From: Paragordius varius
Lineage: Eukaryota > Animalia > Nematomorpha
Direction: 5' to 3'
NCBI GenBank assembly: GCA_964247055.1
Contig: OZ176052.1
Location: 5,208,001 to 5,272,000 of the forward strand
Length of the DNA: 64,000 bases
Shown: in pieces, positions 1 to 11,755 of the stretch
Layout: every line of letters starts with the position of its first letter
How positions within the stretch are numbered: the first letter of the stretch is position 1
Notes under the pieces: model-generated
What the model was told of the DNA's origin: nothing
The model's input: only the letters and a program-made list of their open reading frames with translations
Databases searched by the model: none
Program-made: the position numbers and the translations under genes

Positions 1-51
1 AAGGTTAATATTTTTTTGTCTTTGTTTTTGTTTTTAAAACGACTCACATAC

Positions 52-3000
52 CTTGGGTGAAACACTGATATTTCACGGTTTTTTTTCATAAAATATCTTT
101 TCTTACGTTGATTACTATATTGGTAATGTGGTATATTTTTGTTAATAGAGGATTTTTTTGTCCAGTTATCCAGGGAATTCGTCATTATAATTGATTCTAG
201 TTGAGATATATGATATCTATCGGCAGCACCATTAATAATTATTTGCCGTTCCAACAGCCATAATGGAATTATATCTTTAAAGGTTCGGAAAAAGTTGATA
301 AGTCTACGTATTATTTCATAGGGTAAGTGATCAAAAATGCTTTGTCCAGCTGGTAACAATTGACACGTTTCAAGTGTTTCCACAGTGTTAGGGTCATGTA
401 AATTCAATTCAAAGTATACATGGTCGGATGATTCAAATGCTAGTTTAGCGGGCCAAGGTATTTTATCCCACACTAAATCATAGGGTATATGAATGGTTCC
501 ATACATGTATGATGGAAGATTGCCTGGTTTACTAATCCTCCACAAAAACGAATTTTTCCCCATAATCTATAAAGGATAAAAGGTTTTTACTAAAGTAAAC
601 ATACATTGCTATTTTTCAATATTTTGCCTGAGAGCATATGTAGAAGAAAAAAAGGAAACATTATTGGCTGATAGTAGTAAAAAGGGAAAAATATAACTTT
701 GCAGCTAATATTTTTTCTCTTTGCTGTCTGTATAAGCTACCTGGTAATAATTAATTTAAAATACTAGTAATGAATATTTTTTCATACTGTATATTAGGGT
801 AAATTAAGCAAATATATGTAAAATTTGAAATAAATTCGTGAACAATGTAAATTCTAACTTGCTCTAAAGCAATTGTTATCATCCATTAACACTTGGATAC
901 AACACATTCATTATAGTCCTTCGATTCAAATTGGGGTAGTTAAATACCCCCTGCCTGTTTAAAGCTAAATTCTTAAAAAATTTGGAAGGAATCGAAACCA
1001 GGGCAAAATTTTGCACTTATGTAACATTAATAAACCGAAATATATAAAAAAAATTTATTCAAAAATATTTAATATTATTTATTTTAAGCTAAAACCGAAA
1101 GGTAAAAATTTAGTTAACGTGACATGTGTGCAATGGTAAAATTGAAAAATAATACAAAATAAACCGCTTTTTCTATTTCTATCAATGTTAGATGTATTTA
1201 AATAAAAAATTTGCTTTAAATTTACCCTTAAAATTAAATGAAGACGATATTTAGTAAAAATTTTGTAAAATATGGCGTCGAAGTATACATGGATATTTTT
1301 TTTTAAAACAAAATTTTATTTAGAGACTTTGGCATATTTATATAATTTATACTAGGATAGAAGCATAAATTTAAATTGAGACCATTTCCTTCAGTAGTTT
1401 TTAGAAAATCCTAACTCAAATTTAGTCTGGGGTATTTAGATACCCCAAATTGAATAGAAGTGTTAATACAAAGATGCTTAAAAACTTTAGTATATTTTAG
1501 GCGTTATCAAAACAATCAACTAATGTAATATTAAGGCTGAGTCAAAGAATTATTAGATATTTAAACCAATTAAATCAAATATTATGGTTTGAGATCCATG
1601 CATAATTTTTTGATGAGCAGCATATTCGACTGTTGAAAAATGCCTTAGATATAAAAATTTTCAAAAAAAATACATAAACTGTCGCTAATTACAAACAACC
1701 GTACAGCGATATTCTATGGAACATTCAAAAATTGTTTTTAGCTAAAACTAACAGTTACCACACCCTATGATAACAGCTTCAGATTAAATTATACATTATA
1801 ATGAAGCTTTGATTAGCTGCTCCATGTAGATGTACACAATGAAATAAATATGAGTATTTTTATCTTTTAGGTTATTATTGTTATATATCGGATTTGTGGA
1901 TTTTATATAAGAAATGGCATTTTGTTCCAGTCGCAATAGATTTTTTAATTTTATTACATATATTTTAAAAAATACAATGGATAGAAACAAAAAATAAATG
2001 TTTTTTCACAACAGATTTAGTGTGTCAAGTAAGGATTTTTATAATTCAAAGTATCATAATCTTTTTATCGAAAACAATTACATTAAAGGAAATTCAAATT
2101 TATTTTGCAAGATATGAGATCATGCTTAATATTCAAGAATTACGCAAATTGATAAGGACCAAAGATTATTAATTTGTAATATTTTGTTAATTTTGGATTT
2201 TGGCAGTTTTTCTGCTTTTAAGCCGTTGGAAAACACTAACTTCTTTAGATACTTTTAGATTTCATTTAAAATTTGACAAAAACATTATGGAAATATCATA
2301 ATTATAATTTAATCGATTAAAGTTCCTTAACAAAAATAATTATCACTTATGTGTTATTTACTAAGGAGAAAACCAATTAACATTTTTTTATGGCATCAAA
2401 ATTGGATTAGATAATTGAAAAATTATTTTTTTTGCTATAATATATAAATTATGGACACTCTTCCCAGATGTACTATTTCATATTTAGGAGTTTTTGTATG
2501 ATATAGTTTTAAGAAATTTCACTTCCGACACAAAAAACATGGTAATATATCCTGAATATGTTTTATAACAACAATGATATTCGTAGTCAACATTAAAATA
2601 TTGATACAATTCTAAGTTTTTGATTATGGAAAGATTCTTGAATATAATATATTATGTATAATAATCCCAAAAAGCATGTCACCAAATATACCATTAACAA
2701 AATATAGCTGTATGAAATTGAACTTAAGGCGTCCTAATAAATAAAAATAACAATTTAAAAAATATTAACGCATACATCAATTGTTCTTTGGGGAATAGGA
2801 GTTTAAATAAATCAAAAATCAAAAATAAATAATGATAAATAATTAGTATAAATCCTAGATTGATATATAGAATTATAATAATAAATTGGATTTAATGCTA
2901 GGTTTTTGCGTTAAAATAGTATACAATGATTTTTTCATAGATGGATAACCAACCGAAATCACACATTTTTTTCATGACGATTGTTAAACTGGGGCAGACG

Positions 3001-3268
3001 AGTGTTAAAGTTCTCATGGGTCTTCAAAACAATTTTAAGTTTTTTTGAATAATGACTGTAAAATGTCTATTTTTATCCAAATTTATATAAAAATCTTTAC
3101 CTTATTATCACATCGACTTTTTCTAAAAGGACCATTGGCGGCTTCTTCATGTGCTTGTAAAGGTGAGGGATATGTATAAGATTGAACTAAAACTAGTGAG
3201 CTGAGCAATGATAGAGTAAACGAATATAAATTGGAAAATTTAATTGGGACGATAATCATTTTTTCCAT
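52..3268 (-). CDS. TRABD2: Tiki/TraB-family metalloprotease (Wnt-inactivating TIKI homolog), 5' part; exon 1 3101-3268, exon 2 52-566, gene continues beyond window start
   Basis: Exon 52-566 translates IMGKNSFLWRISKPGNLPSYMYGTIHIPYDLVWDKIPWPAKLAFESSDHVYFELNLHDPNTVETLETCQLLPAGQSIFDHLP, matching recalled TRABD2 NSFLW..PPSYFFGTIHVPY..VYFELDLTDP..CQMLP. ORF 3083-3268 supplies a signal peptide ending CDNK with a phase-0 GT donor at 3100 that joins the phase-0 AG acceptor at 567. Confidence 0.9.
890..1462. mobile_element. piggyBac-like MITE, family A, copy 1 (in the Tiki intron)
   Basis: TTAA on both flanks (886-889, 1463-1466); ends CACTT...AAGTG; subterminal inverted repeat CTTCGATTCAAATTGGGGTA..AAATACCCC offset by a ~25-30 nt spacer at one end only; related copies at 6650, 34662, 59726. 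Confidence 0.8.
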
Positions 3269-5050
3269 ATATACATTGGGAATCTATTATGTTTTTTTTC
3301 CAAATTTTCACATTATAAAAAAATTAATAAAGGAAATCCATCAAATATATAAATAACTAAAAAATATATATGTAGTCTGTATGTCTATTGTTTTTTTGTG
3401 GTTTCTTCTTGTCAGAACCATATTGTATATGTATAACATTTCACATTGTAATTATTTTATACATATTTGTCATATATGCATAAACGTGAATTTATTTTGG
3501 GTATTTTGCCCTTTTAGTAATACAAAAAATATAGAAATCAATATGTTATATATAAAAAGACATCAGTAAAGGGTCGATTCAACTTATATATATTAATATA
3601 TTATGGCAATTTTTTTGTCAATGACTGTTGCTCAAGTATCTAATAGTATTTTTTTTATTTTATAATGTCATAATAAAATAAAATAAATATTCTAATTAAA
3701 AATTATAATATAATGATAAAATGGGAGATTAAAATATTTAATTATTTGATGAATTAAAGGATTAGCTTTATAATAATGCAAATAAATGTATCTTTGGAAA
3801 CTTAGGCTTATGTTGTTATAAAACCACCAAAAAATAAATGCTTTGGACAATTGGCACATTTAGCAAATGCTATATGATTATTAAAAAAAATATATTGAAT
3901 ATATGTCGTGACAATGTTTAACAAAAATTATTTCATTGAATCCAAAATTTATATATGTATCAGCAGAATAAAAAATTAGTTTTACTAAAAAATTAATTAT
4001 ATTTATGTAAAAGCTAAAACATTATTTATTATAAAGAATGTAAATTTTATAGTAATAAGAAGAGGTGATAACTAAAACGTGAGATATTTATAAAAAAAAT
4101 ATATTTGTTTAACACAATATAAGATGTTAGTTTATATGACAAATGAAAATCGTTTCATACTTTTTAAAGTGGACAATTTAAATGTAAAGGTGTGTGTGCA
4201 TCTTAAAAATTATTTGTTTTATGGAAAGGTATATATAAAATAATTAGTAAAATTTCGTTGACAAATCAATTACTATTATATTATCAAATTAAAATGTATC
4301 TATCACTTTAGAAGAATGGAAAAAAACTAATTATTTCTATGAAGATAGAGAGTTCTGATCTGAATTACATTTATAGGTAAAACATATTATCTAATAAATT
4401 TATGATGTTCAAATTTAAAAAGAACAAACCACCTTGTTAAACAATATGTAAACAAAGATGATAAAAATAAATGTTAAATCCGAATAGTGGGCTTTGCCTA
4501 ATTTTTGATCATTTTTATTTTATAATGGTTCCATAATTTGAATCAACTTGATTATGTCAAATATTGACATAACCAATAATACTAAGATTAAAATGAGGAG
4601 ATAATAAATAATGGTCCTTATAAATGGGAAATAGGTAGATAAAGGGATGATTTATAGAATTCACATTTTGGAAGAGGAGCATTCATTAAATAATAATTTT
4701 GATAAAAATAAGCGTGGAAAAAATAAAATCAAAAATAAATTTGAGAGATAATGGCTATTATTAAACAAACAACATCTTGTATTCATTAGGAGAAAGAGTG
4801 AGTGAGTTATAAACAAATCGGATATTTTTAAATGAAACTATAATATATTTAATATCTATCAGTTTTCTCTTTCAATGAAAAAATTATTTGCAATTATATG
4901 AACAGCGAAAATTAATAATATTACTATTAAAAGCAGAAAAAAGTATTCCAAAACTTAATTTTTTACACCATTGTGTAAAAAACTCAACTGTTTTATTCTA
5001 GGGATCATCCGAAAAACATTTCAATAAAATATTGTTTTGTTATAAAATTA

Positions 5051-5219
5051 CAGTAGCGTATGGTATAAAACATTATTAATCCATAAAATAATAAAGTTTT
5101 TTTTTTAAAAAAAACAAGCCTAATTGTATATACAGATATCCATAATATCCACTTGTTTTTTTAAAAAACATTTTTTTATTCTTTTATGGACTAATATTGT
5201 TTTATGCCATACGCTACTG
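5051..5219. mobile_element. TA-flanked MITE (Tc1/mariner-type signature)
   Basis: Perfect TIR CAGTAGCGTATGG / CCATACGCTACTG with TA on both sides; degenerate second copy at 46098-46206. Confidence 0.75.
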
Positions 5220-5457
5220 TATTTATGCAAGTAAAAGTTCTAAAGATCAAGCAGGAAAATTTAATTAAAGGTAAACTCAGTCATATCTTGTATTCTGAAT
5301 ATTTATAAAAAAAATAAAATGAAGGTTAGTAAAATAGTGTATGAGACTAAACTAAGTGCTAAAAAATAATTATTACTGATTTTAAAAGAAAAAGAGTTAT
5401 TTTAATTTTTCTGCCCTGAAAAATCATATTACCCGCATCAGGTGGGATAAAAATATA

Positions 5458-6083
5458 CGATTTACACTTCAAGAGTGTCCTTGAACAATTCAAGTTGGTC
5501 CTTGAACAATTCAAGTTGGTCCTTTAACTTTTTTGCTTTGTTTTTAACTTTTATCAATCAAATCGAAAATAATTCGTTTATTTTATTGTTTTTAACCTAT
5601 TTTCTATTATTTAACATAAATTTTAAATTGATATCAACTTTTAATCTTTGAAAAACCGTATATCTTTATTAATTTCTTAAAATAAATTTGGATATTTATA
5701 AGATTTTAACATGAAATGAAAAATTATATAAGTTTTCTGGGTCATTAATTAAAATTTCTCATTAAAAACATTTAAAAGTCAATAATTTTGTTCAATTGAA
5801 AAAAATAGTTTTAAACAAAAAAAGTGGTTTTTCAATAAAAAAAATTTATTTTTAAATGAATAGTATATAATAAATAAAGAAAATTAGGTTAAAAAATAAT
5901 TAAATAAAAAAATAAATGCAAAAATTATGGTTAAATCAAAATTAATAAATTTTAAGGACCAACTTGAACTGTTCAAGGACCAACTTGAATTGTTCAAGGA
6001 CCAACTTGAACTGTTCAAGGACCAACTGGAATTGTTCAAGGACCAACTTGAATTGTTCAAGGACACTCTTGAAGTGTAAATGG
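5458..6083. mobile_element. Foldback-type MITE with 21-bp subterminal tandem repeats, copy 1
   Basis: TIR C(C/G)ATTTACACTTCAAGAGTGTCCTTGAAC followed by arrays of the 21-bp unit CCTTGAACAATTCAAGTTGGT (about 2 left, 5 inverted right); homologous full copy at 40715-41322. Confidence 0.85.
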
Positions 6084-6649
6084 TTATATACAATGGAGAA
6101 AAACGCGTAAACATTTTATTTGTCATTGTGATAAATGCTAAATATTATTTATATTTAGGTTTCATTTTTTTTCAGATAAGCTACGAAAGACTCACATAAA
6201 AACAAAATCGCTTTTTAGCGTGATAATAAACCAAAAATTCTCTTCGATTATGCGATAAAATACTTTTTAATCAAACTAACCCAATACTATACTATGCCTC
6301 CAATTTACTCAAGAATCGAGTTTGAAAAATGGTTTAAATTTTATATGAAAAATATAGTTTTTTAGCAATTTTAAACATTATAATTTTCGCGCAACTTGTT
6401 ATACAAATCATATGGGATATTTTGGCATACAGCCGAAACATAAAAAGACAATGCATTTTTCAACCTATCTTCCCAAATAAATTAGAAATGTCAAATATAT
6501 AATCAATTATGTTACCAATTCATATCACTTCATACTTTGCATATAAAAACAATGAGTTATATTTTAAAATAGCGGTCTTTAGAAAAAAATATTTGTCTTT
6601 AAGTTTTTACGTTATGTCTGCATAATTCTATCTTAATTGTCCATATTAA

Positions 6650-7100
6650 CACTTCAATTTGAATTAAAGTATCTAGTTACCCCAGACTATATTAATATAT
6701 TTAAAATTATTGCAAGAAACGGATTCAATATAAATTTATGCTATTATCTTAATAAAATAAGTGAAAACATGTAAGTAATTTAGGAATAAAGTTTCATAGC
6801 AAACTACTTCGACTTTTATAACATTTTCGCAAAAACATCGTGTTTATTTGATTCTAACGCCAAAATATAGCTAACTAATTTTTTGTTAAAATCACATTCA
6901 CATTGATATAAACAAAAATGGTGTATTTTACATTATTTGTATATTTTAATGCACACATGTCTTGAGTAAATTTTTACTTTGAGGTTTATCCATAAAATAA
7001 GTAATATCAAGTTTTTTAAATAAATTTTTTATATTTTGGTGCATAAATGTATGTAAGTGCAAAATTTTATTTTTTTTGAAATATTTGATTTTTAAATAAT
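6650..7100. mobile_element. piggyBac-like MITE family A, copy 2 (second end not found; end coordinate approximate)
   Basis: TTAA|CACTTCAATTTGAATTAAAGTATCTAGTTACCCCAGAC start; internal ATCGTGTTTATTTGATTCTAA shared with the 59726 copy. Confidence 0.6.
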
Positions 7101-7639
7101 TCTTTCCACTATTTATAATTAGTAAAATATCAGTCACATAGCGCACATTATATCAAATATTTTTTGGTAAAAGTTAAAGGTTTTAAACCATATCATAGAT
7201 GAATGTATAATGAAATTATTTTAAAACCGATTTGGTCATATAATATTAATTTTTTGTGGTTCCCAAAAGTCTTAATAGTGACCCCAAATTTGGCCATTAA
7301 TAAATGCAAAAATGCTTCGATTTCGCCACAACATTTATGTTGGATTATCGCATTCTTTGCTTAATATAAATTTTATTAAGATTTTGTTGCAAAGTACGTT
7401 GTGATATTTTGGACGAGTAAACGAAAAACCCTAATACATATATAAAAACACTTTTGGGGTAAAATTTAATGCGAGTTTCTTTCTCCTCAGTTTTAATCAA
7501 TAAAACATATATTTAAGTTGAAGGCATAAATATATTTTGTCTTGATGTAATTACCACAAAAGCTGTCCCAAAAGCTGAGAATCTGATATTTCCAACAATA
7601 TATACATATATATATATATCATTGATATACATAAGGCCA

Positions 7640-8330
7640 CATAAATAACCTGATAATAAAAATATATATATATATTCCAATAGTAAAATGTGTTATGATT
7701 ATCATGATGTTGGTTTTGGCCCTTTTTACGAGTGATTTAGGATAGTTATTTTCACTTATATGGCAAGTGCTTCATATCAGAAAATGGCAAACACACTTTT
7801 AAAAAAAAATTTGGTGCAAGCTTCATTTTAAAAAAACACTAAAATATTTCATAAACATCTAAAAAGCAAAACATTTTCAAAAAAAATATTTTGTGGGCTC
7901 CGATAGTCCTAATTTTTTTTTCTCTTTGGATAGTGGTCTTAAAATAAACGCAAAAATGCTGGGATATGCCATATTTCAAATGTATGCAATTTTCATATCA
8001 ACTAAAAATATTTTTAAGTACAACTTTTCAAGTTTTTATATTTAGCAAAATTTTGTTCAAGCGTACTAACGGTATAAAACACTAAATTACAAAAACACTT
8101 TTTTTAAATAATTCTAGGATGCTTAATAATTCTATCATCTCAGAACTTTGATTAAAAAATTTGTTCATCTTCAAATTTATTTAATTATTTTTTTTACAAA
8201 AACATTTCAAAATTTTGTAGCAAATGAACTTTAAATTAAAATTCTTATGCAATAAAAATGTTGAGTATCATCGAACCATATACAAAAAGTGATCTTATAA
8301 TATCTTAAAGCGTCTTTAAACAGTTTTCAT
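7640..8330. repeat. Arm of a dispersed long-TIR (foldback-like) repeat family B
   Basis: Shared motifs AAATAACCTGAT, GTGATTTA.GA.AGTTATTT, AAGTGCT.CATATCAGAAAATGGCAAA also seen at ~14540, 35700, 36556(rc), 37700(rc), 58960, 60700(rc). Boundaries approximate. Confidence 0.7.
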
Positions 8331-8441
8331 CTGACTAATAGTATGAAGTAAAGTTTAACAAAATTAATAATTTTTTTCAAAAATAATACATTCTTTAAAA
8401 ATATTTTTAGTTGAATCAAAATTTAGCCAGCCTATTGATTT

Positions 8442-8678
8442 TTAGTTTTTTAAGTTTTTCATGCCATCTTGATTATACTCATAGAGTATGACGCCTTCTT
8501 CTAATTCGGCCTGTGAAAGATAAATATGATTTATATATCTATTAACAAAAAATTATTTTGCCCACATTTTTATATTCACTTAAGGCCTATTCTCAAATGA
8601 TATATAACAATATACGAGTCTCATTTATTGAAGAATATGTACGTTATTCGAAATAGCCAGGCAACTTTTAACATTCGC
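8442..8678 (-). CDS. Candidate terminal exons of an unidentified small gene (8643-8678, 8442-8510)
   Basis: Good AG/GT sites give ANVKSCLAISNN|AELEEGVILYEYNQDGMKNLKN*; no family recognised and upstream exons could not be joined in frame. Confidence 0.25.
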
Positions 8679-9544
8679 CTGCAAAATTAATCCTGCGCTT
8701 AAAATAATCAAATTTTTAATTTGGTTTAAAATCAAAAATACTTATTAATACGATTCTAAAATCGTTTTTATTAATAAAACAATTCCAAAAGGCAAATTTT
8801 TAATATCGTTTTTTTAGGATGGGGATTAATCAAGAGGTTTATTTAAATTATTGTCCCCTGGATTTGAGTGAGCTAAGACATTACTACGTATTAAATCAAT
8901 ATTTGCAATAACCATATCATTGGGGAGATGGGGTGAGCACATTTTGTGCACTCAGTAATTGATAGACAATCAAACCTCTATCGAAATTCCAATGGGCCTA
9001 AACATTTTCCCAAAAAAATGATTCGCGTAATTTTATAAAAAACGATTTTAACGATGTAGAGCTGAGGAGCAATCCAAAAATATTGTTCTTTAATCACAAA
9101 AAAATTAGAAAAAAATATAATTATTATATTATGGGTTACGTTTTCTGGAAATTAACGTTTGTTAAGATTTTACAAAGGGAAGAAGTAATTTTAGTTAAGA
9201 GATAGATTAAAATTAGATTTTATTGGTCTTGCTAATCATATAAAAGGAGAATTATAAATATTAGACATTTTATGAATACCAACTGGAATTTATGAACTAT
9301 ATGGATTAAAAATGGAAATACATACCACTAGCACATAGGGCATTATCAAGTTAAATATTGGTTTATAAAATCGTATTAAACAAGAATAATACTGTTACAG
9401 TATAATAGATCAATCAGTTAAACTAAACTCGAATATTTATAGAATATTAGATCTATTAAACATTAGTATAAAATTAAGGTAATAGTTGATAGGATATATT
9501 TTATCTGTAAATGTCAATATCTTCATTTTATTCCATACCTTATC

Positions 9545-9715
9545 ATTATATCCCTAGAAGTCAACCCGACCCCCGACGCAACTAGACGGCTGTCACTGAA
9601 CCACCATTGACTGGTGTATGGAAGGGCAGAAGGGACGTCTTTTGTAGACAGTGGCGACGTGAGTCTGCTAATTTTTAGGAAGATAGGAAAATCGCTTAAA
9701 TAACTTCCGCCCATT
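9545..9715. other. GC-rich island with hairpin potential, head-to-head with Gemin6 (ncRNA or 5' exon/UTR candidate)
   Basis: About 50% GC in a ~25% GC background; complementary segments GCAGA/TCTGC, ACGTC/GACGT, CACCA/TGGTG, GGAAG/CTTCC; minus-strand GT donor at 9538. Confidence 0.3.
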
Positions 9716-9823
9716 CGTAAAAATTTAAAAAATATCATAAACTCATAAATTAACACATTTTCGAGTAGCGTAATTCGGATATTTGGTGATTTAGTAATAT
9801 ATAAATTTGGGCATTTATTTTTT

Positions 9824-10340
9824 ATGCACTCCGATAAACATGTGATATATTCGAACACTCCCTCTACGGAATTGCTTTGTTTTTTAAACCAAACAGCAAA
9901 TGTTTATCTGAAAGAATCAGAGATTTTGAATGGAAAAATTTACACATTTGATCCAATTTCTAAATGGTTTTATTTTTTCTTATATTAGTTTATTAATGAT
10001 TGATAAGTGTGGTGATGCTCTCTTGATACCTCATCACAATATTAAACATATTGAATTTTATAAAGAAGAAAATGTTGACAATACAAACCTAGATAAATTG
10101 TTTAAAATTAATCTACCAGCGTATAGTGATAATCAAATTTGCACCAGAAAAACTCAAATCGAATCATTTTTTAAGGCTCGAATGATTCCTGTATCATACA
10201 CAGGCGAGAAATCTGAGACATTTTCCCTTTTTAATGGAATTTTACTGATTGAACCTCCATATGCTACTGAAAATTGCCTCAGTGCTAATGTCAAAGTTTT
10301 GAAACAAATTCAAAAAATGATGAATGAACTTTCATTATAA
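9824..10340 (+). CDS. GEMIN6: Gem-associated protein 6 (SMN complex); exons 9824-9966 and 9989-10340, 164 aa
   Basis: C-terminus AYSDNQICTRKTQIESFFKARMIPV..GILLIEPPYATENCLSANVKVLKQIQKMM matches recalled Gemin6 AYSPEDLEERKNSLKKWLEKNHIPI..GVLTIDPPYGPENCSSSNEIILSRVQDLI; the N-terminal Sm-like part (LNGKIYTFDPISK) is in another frame and joins via a 22-nt GT-AG intron. Confidence 0.88.
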
Positions 10341-11146
10341 TAAATATCTTATTTTCGTTTATATTTATGGTGATTTATATACAGTATATCTATTTAATTG
10401 GACAATAAAAATTATGATTATTTAAAATTTTGGTATTAATATAAATTTAAATATCTTTGATTTGCAGTATTTTACAAAAAAAATTTACGAGGTTTAATTG
10501 TTTTTTCAATTACCGATTTCGAAATTTTTTAAATTCATTCAAATTATTTTGTTTCATATAAACCCTCTTGAATGTAAGCCGTTTAAAATGATTTATAATC
10601 CAAATCGAGATTTTTAAAATTTAAACTAATTAAAAACGCGTTACATAATTTTAATGATATATTTCGGTAAAATATATATGATTTAAGAAATTAAAGAAAT
10701 TGAGTTGGTATTTGAGATTTCCTCTTACATTAATTAAAAGATAAAATAAACTTTGAATTTGATCCGGTGTTATGTTTTATCAATATGTATTGATTTGCTG
10801 TAACTATGATTGAACTCCTAAAAAAGATTACCTGCAAAAATTATTGTTGTAAATAATTATTTAAGTGCACTATTTTTTGGATGAAATTGGTAACCAATAT
10901 ATAGATATTAATTCATAAAACAATTAAATAATGAAAGACTTAACAATAAAAAAAGATCTTGAAAATTTGTCACATCATGTATGATTAATGTTAACTAGGA
11001 TACAAATTATTATTTCATTTTCATCAACAATTTTATCATCAGTAAATAATTTTACCAATTTTCTGTTTTATTAAAGTGTATTTAGAGCAGTGGTACTCAC
11101 CGAATATGGGTCGCAAAAATATTTATTGTCTAAACATGCACTATAT

Positions 11147-11515
11147 CAGCGGTGGCCAATCTTTTTTTCCCGGTGGCTACTTTTTGGGAGAATTCATTTC
11201 TCGATAAATATTTTCAATTTATATTTTAATTTTCAGTTTTATATTTAATTTATTTTTTACGTTTGACAAAAATTACTTGTAGGAATCGAAAATTTACGCT
11301 AATAAATTTATTCCATTTCAGCTGAATTATAATTGCAATAAAAATACAATAACATTTCAGCGTAAACAATATCCAATCCCCTTCTCATTCATTTATATGA
11401 TTATATATTTTATCTTTCTGGATTAAATTTTTAATCCTATTATAATAAGGTTTTAAAGATAGATTCTTTTTTGCTAAATCTACATTATTTTCAAGGAACC
11501 AAATGATTTAGAGTT

Positions 11516-11556
<41 letters not shown>

Positions 11557-11755
11557 TATAAATAAAATAATACTTAGTTAAATCTAAATTTTTTCAAACC
11601 CAAATAAAAATTAAGAAAAATAAACTGTAATTTTGTGGGAAAATAATTCTATCTATACAAAAATATTATTTTCATTTTTTTATATTTTCAGGCGCTCACG
11701 TTTCAAAATCTCGCGGTCACGAAGTGAACCGCGGTCGACCGTTTGGCCATCTTCT
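11147..11755. mobile_element. hAT-like MITE
   Basis: Ends CAGCGGTGGCCAA / TTGGCCATCTTCT (degenerate); 8-bp TSD CACTATAT/CACTATAA; contains a (TA)n tract at 11519-11546. Confidence 0.65.

Noticed and set aside
605-661. Possible Tiki upstream exon MFPFFLLHMLSGKILKNSN with a 38-nt intron
   Set aside because: The exon at 3101-3268 gives a better signal peptide and the conserved Cys spacing before NSFLW; an alternative start is not excluded.
5438-5450. CAGGTGGGATAA matching the U8 snoRNA 5' end
   Set aside because: Only ~12 nt, no box C/D context, and it is followed directly by a MITE.
5884-6126. ORF with NNSSWSL heptad repeats; array superficially CRISPR-like
   Set aside because: It is the translation of a 21-bp tandem unit inside a MITE; there are no unique spacers and no cas genes.
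9610-9715. Short resemblances to U6atac (TGTATGGAAGGGCAGAAGG) and RNase P RNA (CAGACTCACG, CTTCCGCCCATT)
   Set aside because: Essential elements (AGC triad and stem of U6atac; CR-I/CR-V P4 pairing of RNase P) are absent or in the wrong order.
9523-9858. 111-aa minus-strand ORF
   Set aside because: Its 5' part overlaps the Gemin6 start antisense and is AT-rich filler; no family is recognisable, and splicing at the 9538 donor gives immediate stops with the acceptors tried.
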